Shown here piece after piece: positions 1 to 12,888 of a stretch of 57,039 nucleotides of DNA. Positions within the stretch are counted from its first letter, which is position 1; each line of letters starts with the position of its first letter. Below the pieces are notes generated by a model. It did no database searches. It was not told the origin of the DNA and saw only the letters and a list, made by a program, of their open reading frames with translations. Origin of the DNA: Thermoanaerobaculia bacterium (lineage in GTDB: Bacteria > Acidobacteriota > Thermoanaerobaculia > UBA5066 > DATFVB01); the NCBI GenBank assembly GCA_035260525.1, contig DATFVB010000156.1, positions 1-57,039 of the forward strand, given 5' to 3'. A program made the position numbers and the translations under genes.

Positions 1-138
1 GCGGCGCGGGGCAATCTGCGGCGCCGCCGCGACTCGACGATGGCAACGCATCGCCATCATCGCGGCGACTGGCAGCTTACCCCGCGGCGCTCCGAACGCC
101 GCCATCGTTATTCCCGGGGCGGGACACCACTCCCGCGA

Positions 139-609
139 CTACAAAGGAGGCGGCTCGTTGAGCACGAGCCAATACAGCCCCAGCTGCCGGACGGCATCGA
201 CGAACTTCGCGAAATCGACCGGCTTCAGGATGTAGCTGTTCGCCCCCGTCCGGTAGCCCCGGATCAGGTCCTGCTCCTCGCGCGAGGAGGTCAGGATCAC
301 GACCGGCACGAGCCGCGTCCGATCGTCGGCGCGGATCCGCGCGAGCACGTCGAGCCCGCCGATCTTCGGAAGCTTGAGGTCGAGGAGGACCACCGCGGGG
401 GTCTTCGCGGGGTCGCGCCCCGCGTGCGTCCCTTCGCCGAAGAGATAGTCGATGGCTTCCGCGCCGTCGCGCGCGACGACCACCGGGTTCAGAATGTTGC
501 TTCGGGCGAGCGCGCGGAGCGTCAGCTCCTCGTCGTCCGGGTTGTCCTCGACGAGCAGGATGATCTTTTCTTCGAACATCGTTCCGGCGGCCTCTTTTCT
601 CGGGCCCAT
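139..609 (-). CDS. Single-domain CheY-like response regulator (receiver only)
   Basis: ORF translation has the receiver hallmarks: 'ILLVEDNPDD', 'VVLLDLKLPKIGG', 'VVILTSS', 'GANSYILKP'. There is no output domain. An alternative ATG at 579 (MFEEK...) is also preceded by an AAGAGG-like SD, so the start is ambiguous. Confidence 0.85.
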   Translation of the reverse strand: MGPRKEAAGTMFEEKIILLVEDNPDDEELTLRALARSNILNPVVVARDGAEAIDYLFGEGTHAGRDPAKTPAVVLLDLKLPKIGGLDVLARIRADDRTRLVPVVILTSSREEQDLIRGYRTGANSYILKPVDFAKFVDAVRQLGLYWLVLNEPPPL

Positions 610-769
610 CGTAGCGCCTCAGCCCGGCGCCCCCCACCCCGGTTCATGAAAGATTATACGGGGCCGACGACGCGTCGGTCGGCCGATCGCTCGTCCTTCC
701 AGCGGTTTGGACCGTCCGGAACCGTGGGGCACGGGCGGCCGGACCTCCTCTCGGGCCGCCGGGATCGCC

Positions 770-799
770 TTGACAGCCGCCGGGACGGATGCTTACGAT
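770..799 (+). promoter_or_regulatory. Putative sigma70-type promoter of the methionine operon
   Basis: Perfect TTGACA at 770-775, an 18-nt spacer, then TACGAT at 794-799. It lies about 15 nt upstream of the riboswitch P1 helix. Confidence 0.45.
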
Positions 800-814
800 C
801 TCTTTCGGTTCTTT

Positions 815-932
815 GATTTCATCCAGAGCGGCGGAGGGAATGGGCCCCGTGAAGCCGCGGCAACCGGGTTCCGTGTCGCGCGGAAAGCGTCAGGTGCCAA
901 ATCCCACCCCCGAGAGGGGAGAGATGAGATGA
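815..932 (+). promoter_or_regulatory. SAM-I (S-box) riboswitch aptamer
   Basis: The sequence 'TTCATCCAGAGCGGCGGAGGGAATGGGCCCCGTGAAGCCGCGGCAACC...GGTGCCAAATCCCACC...GAGAGATGAG' matches the remembered S-box core (AUC.AGAG.GGC.GAGGGA.UGGCCC..UGAAGCC..GCAACC...GGUGC.AAAUCC...AGAGAUGAG). The P1 arms TTCATC/GATGAG pair. It sits upstream of methionine genes, as expected. Confidence 0.8.
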
Positions 933-961
933 GAGGCTCGCGATCGATTTCCGCGGATTCC

Positions 962-989
962 GCCCCTCATCGACGTGGAGGGGCTTTTT
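962..989 (+). terminator. Riboswitch expression platform: intrinsic terminator that also sequesters the SD
   Basis: A perfect 7-bp stem GCCCCTC (962-968) / GAGGGGC (978-984) with a 9-nt loop is followed by TTTTT (985-989). The 3' arm contains the SD GGAGGGG, 7 nt before the ATG at 991. Confidence 0.7.
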
Positions 990-990
990 C

Positions 991-2867
991 ATGGCTGTAA
1001 ATTTCCGCCAGGCGCTCGAACACGACGTCCTTCTCGCCGACGGCGCGATCGGGACGCTCCTCGTCACGCGCGGCGCGGAGCCGTCGACGGCGAAGTCGTC
1101 GCTCTGCCTCTCGGCGCCCGACGCCGTGAGCGAGGTCCACGACGACTACGTCGACGCGGGCGCGCGCATCCTCACGACGAACACGTGGGACGCCAACCGG
1201 GTGAAGCTCCGCGAGCACGACTGGGCGGACTCGCTCGAGAAGATCAACCGCGCCGCGGTCGCGCTCGCCCGGGAGGCCGGCGCCGGCGAGCACATCTTCG
1301 TCGCCGGTTCCGTCGGACCGCTGGGCGCGATGGTCAAGCCGTACGGGTCTCTCGCGCTCTCCCAGGTCCGCGAGATCTTCGAGGAGCAGATCCGGATCCT
1401 CGTCGAGGAAGGGGTCGACCTCCTGCTTCTCGAGTCGTTCAGCAACCTGCTCGAGGCCGCGGAAGCCGTTCGGGCGGCGCGCGGCCTCTCGGCGGACATC
1501 CCGATCGTCGCGCAGATGACGTTCTACGCCGACGGGCGCACCGCGTTCGGCGAGCGGGCCGGAGACGCGCTCCGCACGCTCGTCGCGGCCGGGGCGGACG
1601 CCGCCGGGATCAACTGCACGCTCGGCCCGCAGGAGACGCTCGACGTCTTCGGACAGATCGCGTCGCAGGTCGGGGCGCCGCTCTCCGTGATGCCCAACGC
1701 CGGATATCCCACGCTGATCCGCGGGCGCAACGTCTACAACGCCTCGCCCGACTATTTCCGCGAGTACGCCCTCGAGTTCGTCGACCACGGCGCGGCGATC
1801 GTCGGCGGCTGTTGCGGGACGACCCCCGAGCACGTCCGCGCGATGGCGCGGGCGCTCTCCGGCGCCGCGCGGCGGCCGCTCGCGACGGCGGTCGAGGCGG
1901 TGCGGGAGAGCTACCCCCATGCGGTCGTCGGGGAGACGATCGAGACCTCGCATTTCAAGCGCAAGCTCGCCTCGACGTCCTTCGCGGTCACCGTCGAGGT
2001 CGAGCCGCCGCGGGGCGCGGACTGCCGCTCCTCGATCGAAGCCGCCCGCCTGCTCCGGGGCCTCGGCGTCGACGCCGTCAACGTCACGGACAACCCGATG
2101 GCGCGCCTGCGCATGTCCTCGGTCGCCGTCGCCGGGCTCATCCAGCGCGAGACCGGGCTCGACGCGATCGTGCAGTTCACGACGCGCGACCGCAACGTGC
2201 TCGGGATCCAATCGGACCTGCTCGGCGCCTCGGCGCTGGGGTTGAAGGCGCTGCTCTGCCTCGGAGGCGACCCGCTCAAGATCGGCGACTATCCCGACGG
2301 TCACCAGGTTTCCGAGGTCGACACGCTCGGCCTGCTGCGGATCGCGAAGATCTTAAACGCCGGCGCCGATCTCGTCGGGAACCCGATCGGCGCGCCGACG
2401 TCGTTTGCGATCGGCTGCGCGGCCAACCCCGCGGCGCGCGACCTCGAGGTCGAGTTCTCGAAGCTCCGGGCGAAGATCGAGGCGGGCGCCACGTTCGCGC
2501 AGACGCAGCCGGTCTTCGACCCGGCCGCGCTGGAGACGTTCTTCGCCCGCCCCGACGCCCGCGCGATACCGGTTCTCGTCGGGCTCATCCCGCTCAAGAG
2601 CCTGAAGCAGACGCTCTATTTCGCCAACGAGGTGCCGGGGATGGTCGTGCCCGAGGAGACGATCGCGCGGATGCGGCGCGCGGCCGAGCGCGGCCCCGAG
2701 TTCGAGGCGGAGGAAGGGCTTGCGATCGCGAGGGAGCTCGCGGCGGCCATCGCCGCGGTCGCCCCGGGGATGCACGTCATGCCGATGCAGAAGTACGCCT
2801 CGGTGGCGACGATCCTCGAGGCGGTGCCCGCCGCGGCCCGGCGCGCCGCGGCGGCCGAAGGCCCGTC

Positions 2868-2871
<4 letters not shown>
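991..2871 (+). CDS. Bifunctional homocysteine S-methyltransferase / 5,10-methylenetetrahydrofolate reductase (YitJ-like)
   Basis: 626 aa. The N-terminal Hcy-binding domain shows 'DGAIGT', 'TNTW', 'GCCGTTPEH'. The C-terminal half resembles the MTHFR TIM barrel ('[12 protein letters not shown]', 'DAVNVTDNP'). The same fusion is known from Bacillus yitJ, which is also S-box regulated. Confidence 0.85.
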
Positions 2872-6611
<3,740 letters not shown>

Positions 6612-6646
6612 CCCCTTCGCGCCGCTTTTCCGGAATTGTTCCGATT

Positions 6647-6667
6647 TGGCATGCCATCCGCTAGAAT
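6647..6667 (+). promoter_or_regulatory. Candidate promoter/operator upstream of the TPR gene
   Basis: A perfect 10-bp palindrome TGGCATGCCA (6647-6656) can also be read as a sigma54-like TGGCAT-N5-CCGC. TAGAAT at 6662-6667 is a possible -10. Neither reading can be resolved from sequence alone. Confidence 0.25.
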
Positions 6668-6693
6668 CCCGCCAACAAGAGGAGGAGGGTCTC

Positions 6694-7617
6694 ATGAAAT
6701 TCGTCGCCTCACGCGCCGCGCTGGCGGTCGCGGTCGCCCTGCTCTATGTTCCGCTCTACGCGGCGGAAGGAACGCTCGGCGGCATGGTCGTCGACGAGAG
6801 CGGCACGCCCGTGACGGGCGCCAAGATCACGATCACGACGCCCAAACAGAAAGACTTCAACAGCGTTCAGACGACGGACGAGAGCGGCCGGTTCACGGCG
6901 ACCGTGCCCAATGCGAAATGGGAATACGGTCTGCGCGTCGAACGGGACGGGTTCTCGCCGAGCCAGACGGAGACGCCGTCGGCCAACGGCAACCTGTCGA
7001 TCACGATGCATCCCCCCTTCCCCGGCACCGCTCCTCCTCCGCCGAAGGTCGATCCGGGCGTGGCCGCCTACAACGAGGGGGTCGAGCTCATCCAGAAAGG
7101 GGACAAGGCGGGAGCGGAGAAGAAGTTCGACGAGGCCGTCGCCGCCAAGCCCGATCTCGCGCAGGCGTGGAAAGTGATCTCGCAGCTCGCCTACGAGAGG
7201 AAGGACTACGCGAAGGCGCTCGCCGCCGGCCGCAAGCTCCTCGAGCTCGACGCGAAGGACAAGGACCTCTACGGCATCCTGATGGACTCGGCCCAGAAGA
7301 CCGGCGACACCGCCGCGGCGGTCGACTACAAGAAGAAATTCGTCGAGGCCAACGCCGACAACCCGGAGGTCAACTACAACGCCGGCGTCGAGTCGTACAC
7401 GGCCGGCGACTACGTTTCGGCGACCGCGTCGTTCGCGAAAGCGGTGCAGATCAAGCCCGACATGGCCAACGCGTACTTCTGGATGGCGATGTCCGAGTAC
7501 AACCAGAAGAGCTATCCGGCGAGCCGCCGCGACTTCCAGAAGTATCTCGAGCTCGCGCCGCAGGGAGATCAGGCGGATAACGCGAAGAAGATGCTGGAGG
7601 CATTACCTCCGAAATGA
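6694..7617 (+). CDS. Secreted carboxypeptidase-regulatory-like domain / TPR repeat protein
   Basis: The ATG at 6694 is preceded by GGAGGAGG. The signal peptide is 'MKFVASRAALAVAVALLYVPLYA'. The N-terminal domain is of the 'GMVVDESGTPVTGAKITI...DESGRF' type. The C-terminal half has TPR-like A/Y/L periodicity. Confidence 0.8.
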   Translation: MKFVASRAALAVAVALLYVPLYAAEGTLGGMVVDESGTPVTGAKITITTPKQKDFNSVQTTDESGRFTATVPNAKWEYGLRVERDGFSPSQTETPSANGNLSITMHPPFPGTAPPPPKVDPGVAAYNEGVELIQKGDKAGAEKKFDEAVAAKPDLAQAWKVISQLAYERKDYAKALAAGRKLLELDAKDKDLYGILMDSAQKTGDTAAAVDYKKKFVEANADNPEVNYNAGVESYTAGDYVSATASFAKAVQIKPDMANAYFWMAMSEYNQKSYPASRRDFQKYLELAPQGDQADNAKKMLEALPPK

Positions 7618-7626
7618 GCTTGCTGG

Positions 7627-7750
7627 CGGCGTGATGCATCGAGCCGGGCGGGCGCGTGCGCCACGACCCGCGGCCTTAACGTACGCCCCGGTACGCCGCG
7701 GCCGCGGGCTCGGGCGCCCGCATCCCGCCGGGCTCGCGCCTCGCGCCGCT
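7627..7750 (-). repeat. Dispersed ~120-nt intergenic repeat, copy A (inverted relative to copy B)
   Basis: The reverse complement aligns along its length with 10577-10697 and 48016-48136. Shared blocks are GCGGCGAGGCGCGA, GGGATGCGG, GCGTACC....GCGTACGTTAAGGCCGCGGG and GGCTCGATGCATC. Confidence 0.85.
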
Positions 7751-7920
7751 TTCGACTTCTCCGAACTGAACAACTGATTTCCAGAATCACCGGTGCGAGA
7801 GAACGTCCAAGCGATTTCCTGTACCCTAATCACCCGGGAAGTCTTGAGGCGCGGCGAGACGCGAGCGAGACGGGCGATCGCGGCGGGAATGATTGCTTCG
7901 CCTGCAACGTATTTGATTTC

Positions 7921-7985
7921 CGTCATTCCCGCGTAAGCGGGAATCCAGAAATCCAGCCCTGCGTCCGCGCTTTCGCGGGGACGAC
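7921..7985. repeat. Hairpin-pair repeat (the 'LDSRLRGNDG'-type spurious-ORF element), copy 1
   Basis: An 8-bp stem ATTCCCGC-gtaa-GCGGGAAT (7925-7944) is followed by an imperfect GC hairpin (7963-7982). The related copy at 51425-51478 is inverted. The overlapping ORF translates to 'FLDSRLRGNDG'. Confidence 0.7.
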
Positions 7986-8000
7986 CGCTTTGCGCGCGCT

Positions 8001-9203
8001 TTACCCCCTCGTAAACGAGTCGAACTCCTCCGCATGCGGCGCCCGCGCGCGGGCCTCGTCGGCCGCGACGAGCCCCGCTTTCGCGAGCTTCGCCAGCGAC
8101 TGCTCGAGCGACACGGCGCCGAACTTTCGCGCGATCGCGATCTCCTGGTGGAGGTGGTGCAGCGCGTTCTTCCGGATGTGCTGGCGGGCGCCGTCGGTCG
8201 CGAGCAGCAGCTCGATCGCGACGACCCGCCCCTTTGCGTCCGCCCGCGGCAGAAGGTGCTGCGAGAGGATCGCCGCGACCGCCATCGCGATCTCCTGGCG
8301 CACGGTCGCCTGGCGCTCGGGGGGGAAGGAGTCGGCGAGCCGCGCGACGGCTCCCGCGGTGTCGGAGCTGTGGAGCGTCGAGAGGACGAGATGCCCCGTT
8401 TCGGCCGCGGCGAGCGCGATCGCCATCGTCTCCGGGTCGCGCATCTCGCCGATCACGAGGACGTCGGGCGCCTGCCGGAGCGACGCGCGGAGCGCCGAGG
8501 CGAAGTCCGGGGCGTCGACGCCGATCTCGATCTGCTCGATCACGGACTTGCGGTGCGCGTGCTCGTACTCGATCGGGTCCTCGATCGTCACGACGTGCCG
8601 CGCGCTCGAGCGGTTGATCTCAGCCACCAGCGCGGCGAGCGTCGTCGTCTTCCCCGACCCGGTCGGACCGGTGACGAGCACGAGACCGCGCGCGAGATGG
8701 GCGAGACGGGCGACTTCCTCCGGGAGGCCGAGTGCCGCAAACGACGGCGGCTCGGCCGGCAGCGCGCGAATCGCGGCGGCGGCCCGGCCGCGTTCCCGGT
8801 GGAGGTTGACGCGGAACCGCTGCCCTCCGCGGCGAAGGGACGCGTCCGCGTTCCACCGCTCACGGTAGGCCCGGCGCGCCGGCGCGGAGAGAGCGGGGAG
8901 GACGGCGCGCTCGATCTCGGGCCCCGAGAGCCTTTCGGCGTCCAGGAACTGGAAGTCCGCGTCGCGGCGGACCGCGGGCGGCGCGTCCGCGACGAGGAGG
9001 AGATCGCTGCCCTTCCTCGCGACGAGCTGCGCGAGCCAGCCGTCCAGACGCAGATCTCCGCCCGGGGAAACGTCGATGGCGGCGCCGGACGAGATCTCGA
9101 AGTCCTCGGATCCCGTTTCGTCCGCCTTTTCCCGCGGGGCGGCCTCGGCGTTCAACTCCGCGATGAGGCGGTTGATGTCTTCGGCGTCTTCCATCGGCGT
9201 CAA
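8001..9203 (-). CDS. pilT: PilT-family type IV pilus retraction/secretion ATPase with an N-terminal extension
   Basis: 400 aa. Walker A is 'GPTGSGKTTTLA'. Also present are 'VVTIEDPIEYEH', 'APDVLVIGEMRD' and the His box 'TGHLVLSTLHS'. Confidence 0.85.
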   Translation of the reverse strand: MTPMEDAEDINRLIAELNAEAAPREKADETGSEDFEISSGAAIDVSPGGDLRLDGWLAQLVARKGSDLLLVADAPPAVRRDADFQFLDAERLSGPEIERAVLPALSAPARRAYRERWNADASLRRGGQRFRVNLHRERGRAAAAIRALPAEPPSFAALGLPEEVARLAHLARGLVLVTGPTGSGKTTTLAALVAEINRSSARHVVTIEDPIEYEHAHRKSVIEQIEIGVDAPDFASALRASLRQAPDVLVIGEMRDPETMAIALAAAETGHLVLSTLHSSDTAGAVARLADSFPPERQATVRQEIAMAVAAILSQHLLPRADAKGRVVAIELLLATDGARQHIRKNALHHLHQEIAIARKFGAVSLEQSLAKLAKAGLVAADEARARAPHAEEFDSFTRG

Positions 9204-9269
9204 TCTTACGCAGGAAACGCGCCGAGCGCGGAGTTCCTATTCCGTAAGTCTTGGGAAATAATGCGTTGA

Positions 9270-10508
9270 ATGCAGTCTCGGCGCCAGGCAGACGACTATG
9301 ACGTCCTCGTCAAGGGATGCTCGCACGTCATCGATGAAACCGACCTCCGCCGCAAGCTCGCGCGCTCCGAGAAGGAGGGGCGCCCGCTCGTCGTCAAGGT
9401 CGGCTTCGATCCCTCGGCCCCCGACATCCATCTCGGCCACACCGTGCTCCTCCACAAGATGCGGCATTTCCAGAACCGGGATCACCGCGTCATCTTCCTG
9501 ATCGGCGATTTCACGGGCCTGATCGGCGATCCGAGCGGAAAGAAGAGCACGCGACCGCAGCTCACGCGCGGGGAGATCGAGAAGAACGCCGAGACGTACG
9601 CGCAGCAGTGCTACAAGGTGCTCGATCCCGAGAAGACCGAGATCCGCTACAACTCGGAGTGGTTCCTCGGGGGCGGGAAGGAGAACCGTCCGCCGCTCGG
9701 CGCCGACGGGTTCGTCCGGCTCGCGTCGCGGATCACCGTCGCGCGCGTTCTCGAGCGCGACGATTTCCAGCGGCGGTGGAACGCGCACCAGCCGATCGCC
9801 CTCCACGAGCTGATGTACCCGCTGTCCCAGGGCTACGACTCCGTGGCCCTCGGCGCCGACGTCGAGCTCGGCGGGACCGATCAGCTCTTCAACCTCCTTC
9901 TCGGCCGCGATCTGATGCGCGAGGAGGGAATGGAGCCGCAGGTCGTGATGACGGTGCCGCTCCTCGTCGGGACCGACGGTGTCGAGAAGATGTCGAAGTC
10001 GCTGGGCAACGCGATCGGCGTGAGCGACCCCCCGTCCGAGATGTACGGCAAGCTCATGTCGATCTCCGACGAGACGATGTGGAGCTATTACCTCCTCCTG
10101 ACGGACGATCTCCCGGAGGTCATCGAGGAGAAGAAGCGGACGATGCACCCCATGGACGCGAAGAAGGCGCTCGCGAGGCAGATCGTCGGCCGATACCACG
10201 GCGGCGACGAAGCGGGACGCGCCGCCGAGGAGGAGTTCGTCCGCGTCTTCTCGAAGCGGGAGGACCCGGCGCGCTACGAGGAGATCGTGCTGCCGGCCTC
10301 CGGCGCTGAGGAGGTTCTTCCGAAGATTCTCTGCGAGGCAGGGCTCGCCCCGTCGAACGCCGAGGCGCGGCGCCTCATCGCGTCAGGCGCGGTCGACGTG
10401 GACGACGTTCGCGCGTCGGACCCGAAGCAAACGATTCCGCGCGTCGCGGGTGGCGAAGTCCGCCTGCGTGTCGGAAAGCGCCGCTTCGCGAAGATCATTT
10501 TTCGCTAA
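9270..10508 (+). CDS. tyrS: Tyrosine--tRNA ligase
   Basis: 412 aa. The HIGH motif is 'DIHLGHTV' and KMSKS is 'KMSKSLGN'. The C-terminal S4-like domain shows '[18 protein letters not shown]'. Confidence 0.92.
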   Translation: MQSRRQADDYDVLVKGCSHVIDETDLRRKLARSEKEGRPLVVKVGFDPSAPDIHLGHTVLLHKMRHFQNRDHRVIFLIGDFTGLIGDPSGKKSTRPQLTRGEIEKNAETYAQQCYKVLDPEKTEIRYNSEWFLGGGKENRPPLGADGFVRLASRITVARVLERDDFQRRWNAHQPIALHELMYPLSQGYDSVALGADVELGGTDQLFNLLLGRDLMREEGMEPQVVMTVPLLVGTDGVEKMSKSLGNAIGVSDPPSEMYGKLMSISDETMWSYYLLLTDDLPEVIEEKKRTMHPMDAKKALARQIVGRYHGGDEAGRAAEEEFVRVFSKREDPARYEEIVLPASGAEEVLPKILCEAGLAPSNAEARRLIASGAVDVDDVRASDPKQTIPRVAGGEVRLRVGKRRFAKIIFR

Positions 10509-10576
10509 GCTCAACAATACACGACATCCTGGGATCTCGAGGGCTGCCGAGAAGTGCAGCGAGGACTCTTGCCGAG

Positions 10577-10697
10577 GCGCGGCGAGGCGCGAACCCGACG
10601 GGATGCGGGGAGCCCGGCCCGCGGCCGCGGCGTACCGTGGCGTACGTTAAGGCCGCGGGCGGGCTCCACGCGCCCGTCCGGCTCGATGCATCGCCGT
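10577..10697 (+). repeat. Dispersed ~120-nt intergenic repeat, copy B (reference orientation)
   Basis: See copy A. It lies in the convergent gap between the 3' ends of tyrS and the ABC-ATPase/DtxR fusion. Confidence 0.85.
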
Positions 10698-10705
10698 GCC
10701 CATCC

Positions 10706-11788
10706 TCAGATGCAGCAGGCACCGCGCGGAATCTCCGCGCCGTGCGGACACGCCCTCGGGTGCTTCAGAAACGCGCAGATCGAATCGGTGACCTCCAGCG
10801 ACAGGATGTGCTCGAAGCGGCAAGCCTCCCGCTCGGTGACCTTCGCGTCGAGCGAGAGAGTCTGAGTGAAGAGCATCTCCGCCAGCCGCTGGCGCCGGAT
10901 GAGGTTCCGGGCGCGCTCGTAGCCCGTTTCGGTCAGCTCGACGGAATCGTCCGCGAAGGCGATGAGCCCCCGGTCGGCGATTCGCTTCAAGAGCGTCGGC
11001 GGCGCGCCGTGCGGGCCGGAGACGAGGCGGTGCATGCTGCGGTCGCCGCGCTCCCGCAGGATCCAGATCCGCTCGAGCGCCTCGTCCATCGCTTCCTCCG
11101 CCTCGGCGGGCGTCATGAACGAGCCGACGATTCGCCCGTGCTCGAGCGTGAGCCGCCGGTCGGCGAGCTTGGAGACGGTGAGGTCGTGCGTCACCATGAC
11201 GATCGTCTGCCCCTCGCGGTGGAGCTCCTGGAAGAGCTCGAGCACGACGTTCTCGTTCTCCTCGTCGAGGTTGCCCGTGGGCTCGTCGGCGAGGAGGAGC
11301 TTCGGCCGGTTGATGAGGGCGCGCGCGATGCAGACGCGCTGGAGCTCGCCTCCCGAGAGCTGCGAGGGGAGCGCGTCGGACCTCGCGGCGAGCCCGACCC
11401 TCCCGAGCACTTCGCGCGCCTCTTTCTCGTCGACGAGCGAATGGAGATCCTGCGCGAGCATGACGTTCTCGACAGCCGTCAGATAGGGCACGGTGTAGAA
11501 CGCCTGGAAGACGAGCCCGATCTTCTCGCGGCGGAGGCGAATTCGCTCCCTCTCGGAGACGGCGGTCGTGTCGACGCCGTCGACGACGATACGCCCCCGG
11601 TCCGGGCGGTCGAGCCCGGCGGCCAGATGCAGGAGAGTCGATTTTCCGGATCCCGAAGGTCCGACGACCGCCACGAATTCGCCCGCGGCGATCGAGACGC
11701 TGACGTCGTCGAGCGCGAGCGGTCCGCGCGGATACGCGCGGGTGACGTTTTCGAAGACGAGGATGTCGTTCATTCGTTCATCGCTCAT
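10706..11788 (-). CDS. ABC transporter ATP-binding protein fused to a C-terminal DtxR/MntR-like metalloregulator module
   Basis: 360 aa. The N-terminal ~225 aa is a LolD/MacB-type NBD ('[11 protein letters not shown]', 'LSGGELQRV', '[12 protein letters not shown]'). The C-terminal ~130 aa looks like a complete DtxR-type wHTH plus dimerisation/metal domain ('[23 protein letters not shown]', '[10 protein letters not shown]', '[12 protein letters not shown]'). Confidence 0.85.
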   Translation of the reverse strand: MSDERMNDILVFENVTRAYPRGPLALDDVSVSIAAGEFVAVVGPSGSGKSTLLHLAAGLDRPDRGRIVVDGVDTTAVSERERIRLRREKIGLVFQAFYTVPYLTAVENVMLAQDLHSLVDEKEAREVLGRVGLAARSDALPSQLSGGELQRVCIARALINRPKLLLADEPTGNLDEENENVVLELFQELHREGQTIVMVTHDLTVSKLADRRLTLEHGRIVGSFMTPAEAEEAMDEALERIWILRERGDRSMHRLVSGPHGAPPTLLKRIADRGLIAFADDSVELTETGYERARNLIRRQRLAEMLFTQTLSLDAKVTEREACRFEHILSLEVTDSICAFLKHPRACPHGAEIPRGACCI

Positions 11789-11792
11789 TCGT

Positions 11793-12884
11793 CTATTCGT
11801 TCCTCAAGGCGGTGATCGCCTCGATCCGGAGCGCTCGCCCGACGGAGGGAAGCCCGGCCGCCGCGGCGGTCACGATCGAGAGCAGGAAGGGGACGGCCAC
11901 CCAGAACGCCGACACCGTCAGCGGAACGCCGAAGAGCGAACGTTCGAGCCGATCGGCGATCAGAAGGCCCGCCACCGACCCTGCGGCGCCGCCGATCGCC
12001 CCCAGCGCCGCGCCTTCGGCGAGGAAGCGCACGAAGAGTCGCCGCCCCTCCGCGCCGAGCGATTTCTCGAGCGCGATCTCGCGGCGGCGCTGGACGACGG
12101 CGGCCATCAGCGTCGTCGCCGTGCCGAGCGCCGCCAGCGCCGCGATCGCGATCCCCATCGCGGTGAGGAGTCCCCTCAGGCGCACGACGATCCGCCCTTC
12201 GGAGGTCGAGACCGCGAGCAGCGGGTCGACTCTCGCGCCGGAGGCGCGCTCGATTCCCGCGGCCGATCCGGTGATGCGGCGGCCGCTTCCCGCGATGCGA
12301 AGGAGCACGGCGTCCGCTTCCCCGGGATCCGTCCGCGGCAGATCCGCCCAGGGGAGGATGAGCTCTTCGTCTTCCCCCTCGCCGGTCGCCACCCGGCCGA
12401 CGATCCGGATCTTCCGCGCGCCCCCGGGAAGGCCGACCGTCACTTCGCGCGACCGGTCGAGGCCGAGCCGGTCGAACAGACGCACGCCGGCGACGGCTTC
12501 GCCGGGAGACGCCGGAAGCGCGCCGTCGAGGTCCCAGGTGGCGAAGAACGGTTTCGCCCGGGAGAAGTCGACGGCGACCGCGGTGACGCGGCGCGACCCG
12601 GCGGCGACATCCTGGATCCGGATCGGCAGCGCGCGCTCGACTTCCGGCGCCGCGAGGATCCGGCGCGTCGCGTCGCCGGGAAGGGGGCGGCCGTCGCGGC
12701 TTCGGGCGACCGCGTTCGGCCCGCGGAGCCGGAACTCCCGGGTCATCTTGCGGGAGACGTCGGAGGCGAGCGAGCCGAGGCCGCCGATCGCGGCGGCGGC
12801 GATCGCGATCGCGACGATCGCCGGGACGTAGCGCGGAAGCCGGCGCTGGAACGATCGCAGGAGCTGACGTCCGGCGAAGCTCAC
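11793..12884 (-). CDS. FtsX-family ABC transporter permease (iron-uptake operon)
   Basis: 363 aa with a GTG start. It has an N-terminal TM helix, a periplasmic domain and a C-terminal FtsX-like 3-TM bundle ('REIALEKSLGAEGRRL'). Confidence 0.8.
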   Translation of the reverse strand: MSFAGRQLLRSFQRRLPRYVPAIVAIAIAAAAIGGLGSLASDVSRKMTREFRLRGPNAVARSRDGRPLPGDATRRILAAPEVERALPIRIQDVAAGSRRVTAVAVDFSRAKPFFATWDLDGALPASPGEAVAGVRLFDRLGLDRSREVTVGLPGGARKIRIVGRVATGEGEDEELILPWADLPRTDPGEADAVLLRIAGSGRRITGSAAGIERASGARVDPLLAVSTSEGRIVVRLRGLLTAMGIAIAALAALGTATTLMAAVVQRRREIALEKSLGAEGRRLFVRFLAEGAALGAIGGAAGSVAGLLIADRLERSLFGVPLTVSAFWVAVPFLLSIVTAAAAGLPSVGRALRIEAITALRNE

Positions 12885-12888
12885 CGCG

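Noticed and set aside
975-2867. The N-terminal 630 aa of the 1878-aa ORF 975..6611, which would make a giant MetH.
   Set aside because: This part is an out-of-frame read across the YitJ-like gene (991..2871) and is Arg/Pro/Gly-rich nonsense. MetH homology begins right after the GTG at 2868, which overlaps the upstream stop.
6647-6661. A sigma54 promoter call for TGGCAT-N5-CCGC upstream of the TPR gene.
   Set aside because: Kept only as a low-confidence feature. The -12 element (CCGC versus TTGC) is weak. The same bases form a simple 10-bp palindrome, and a TAGAAT -10 sits immediately downstream. The sequence alone cannot distinguish these readings, and no enhancer-binding protein gene is adjacent.
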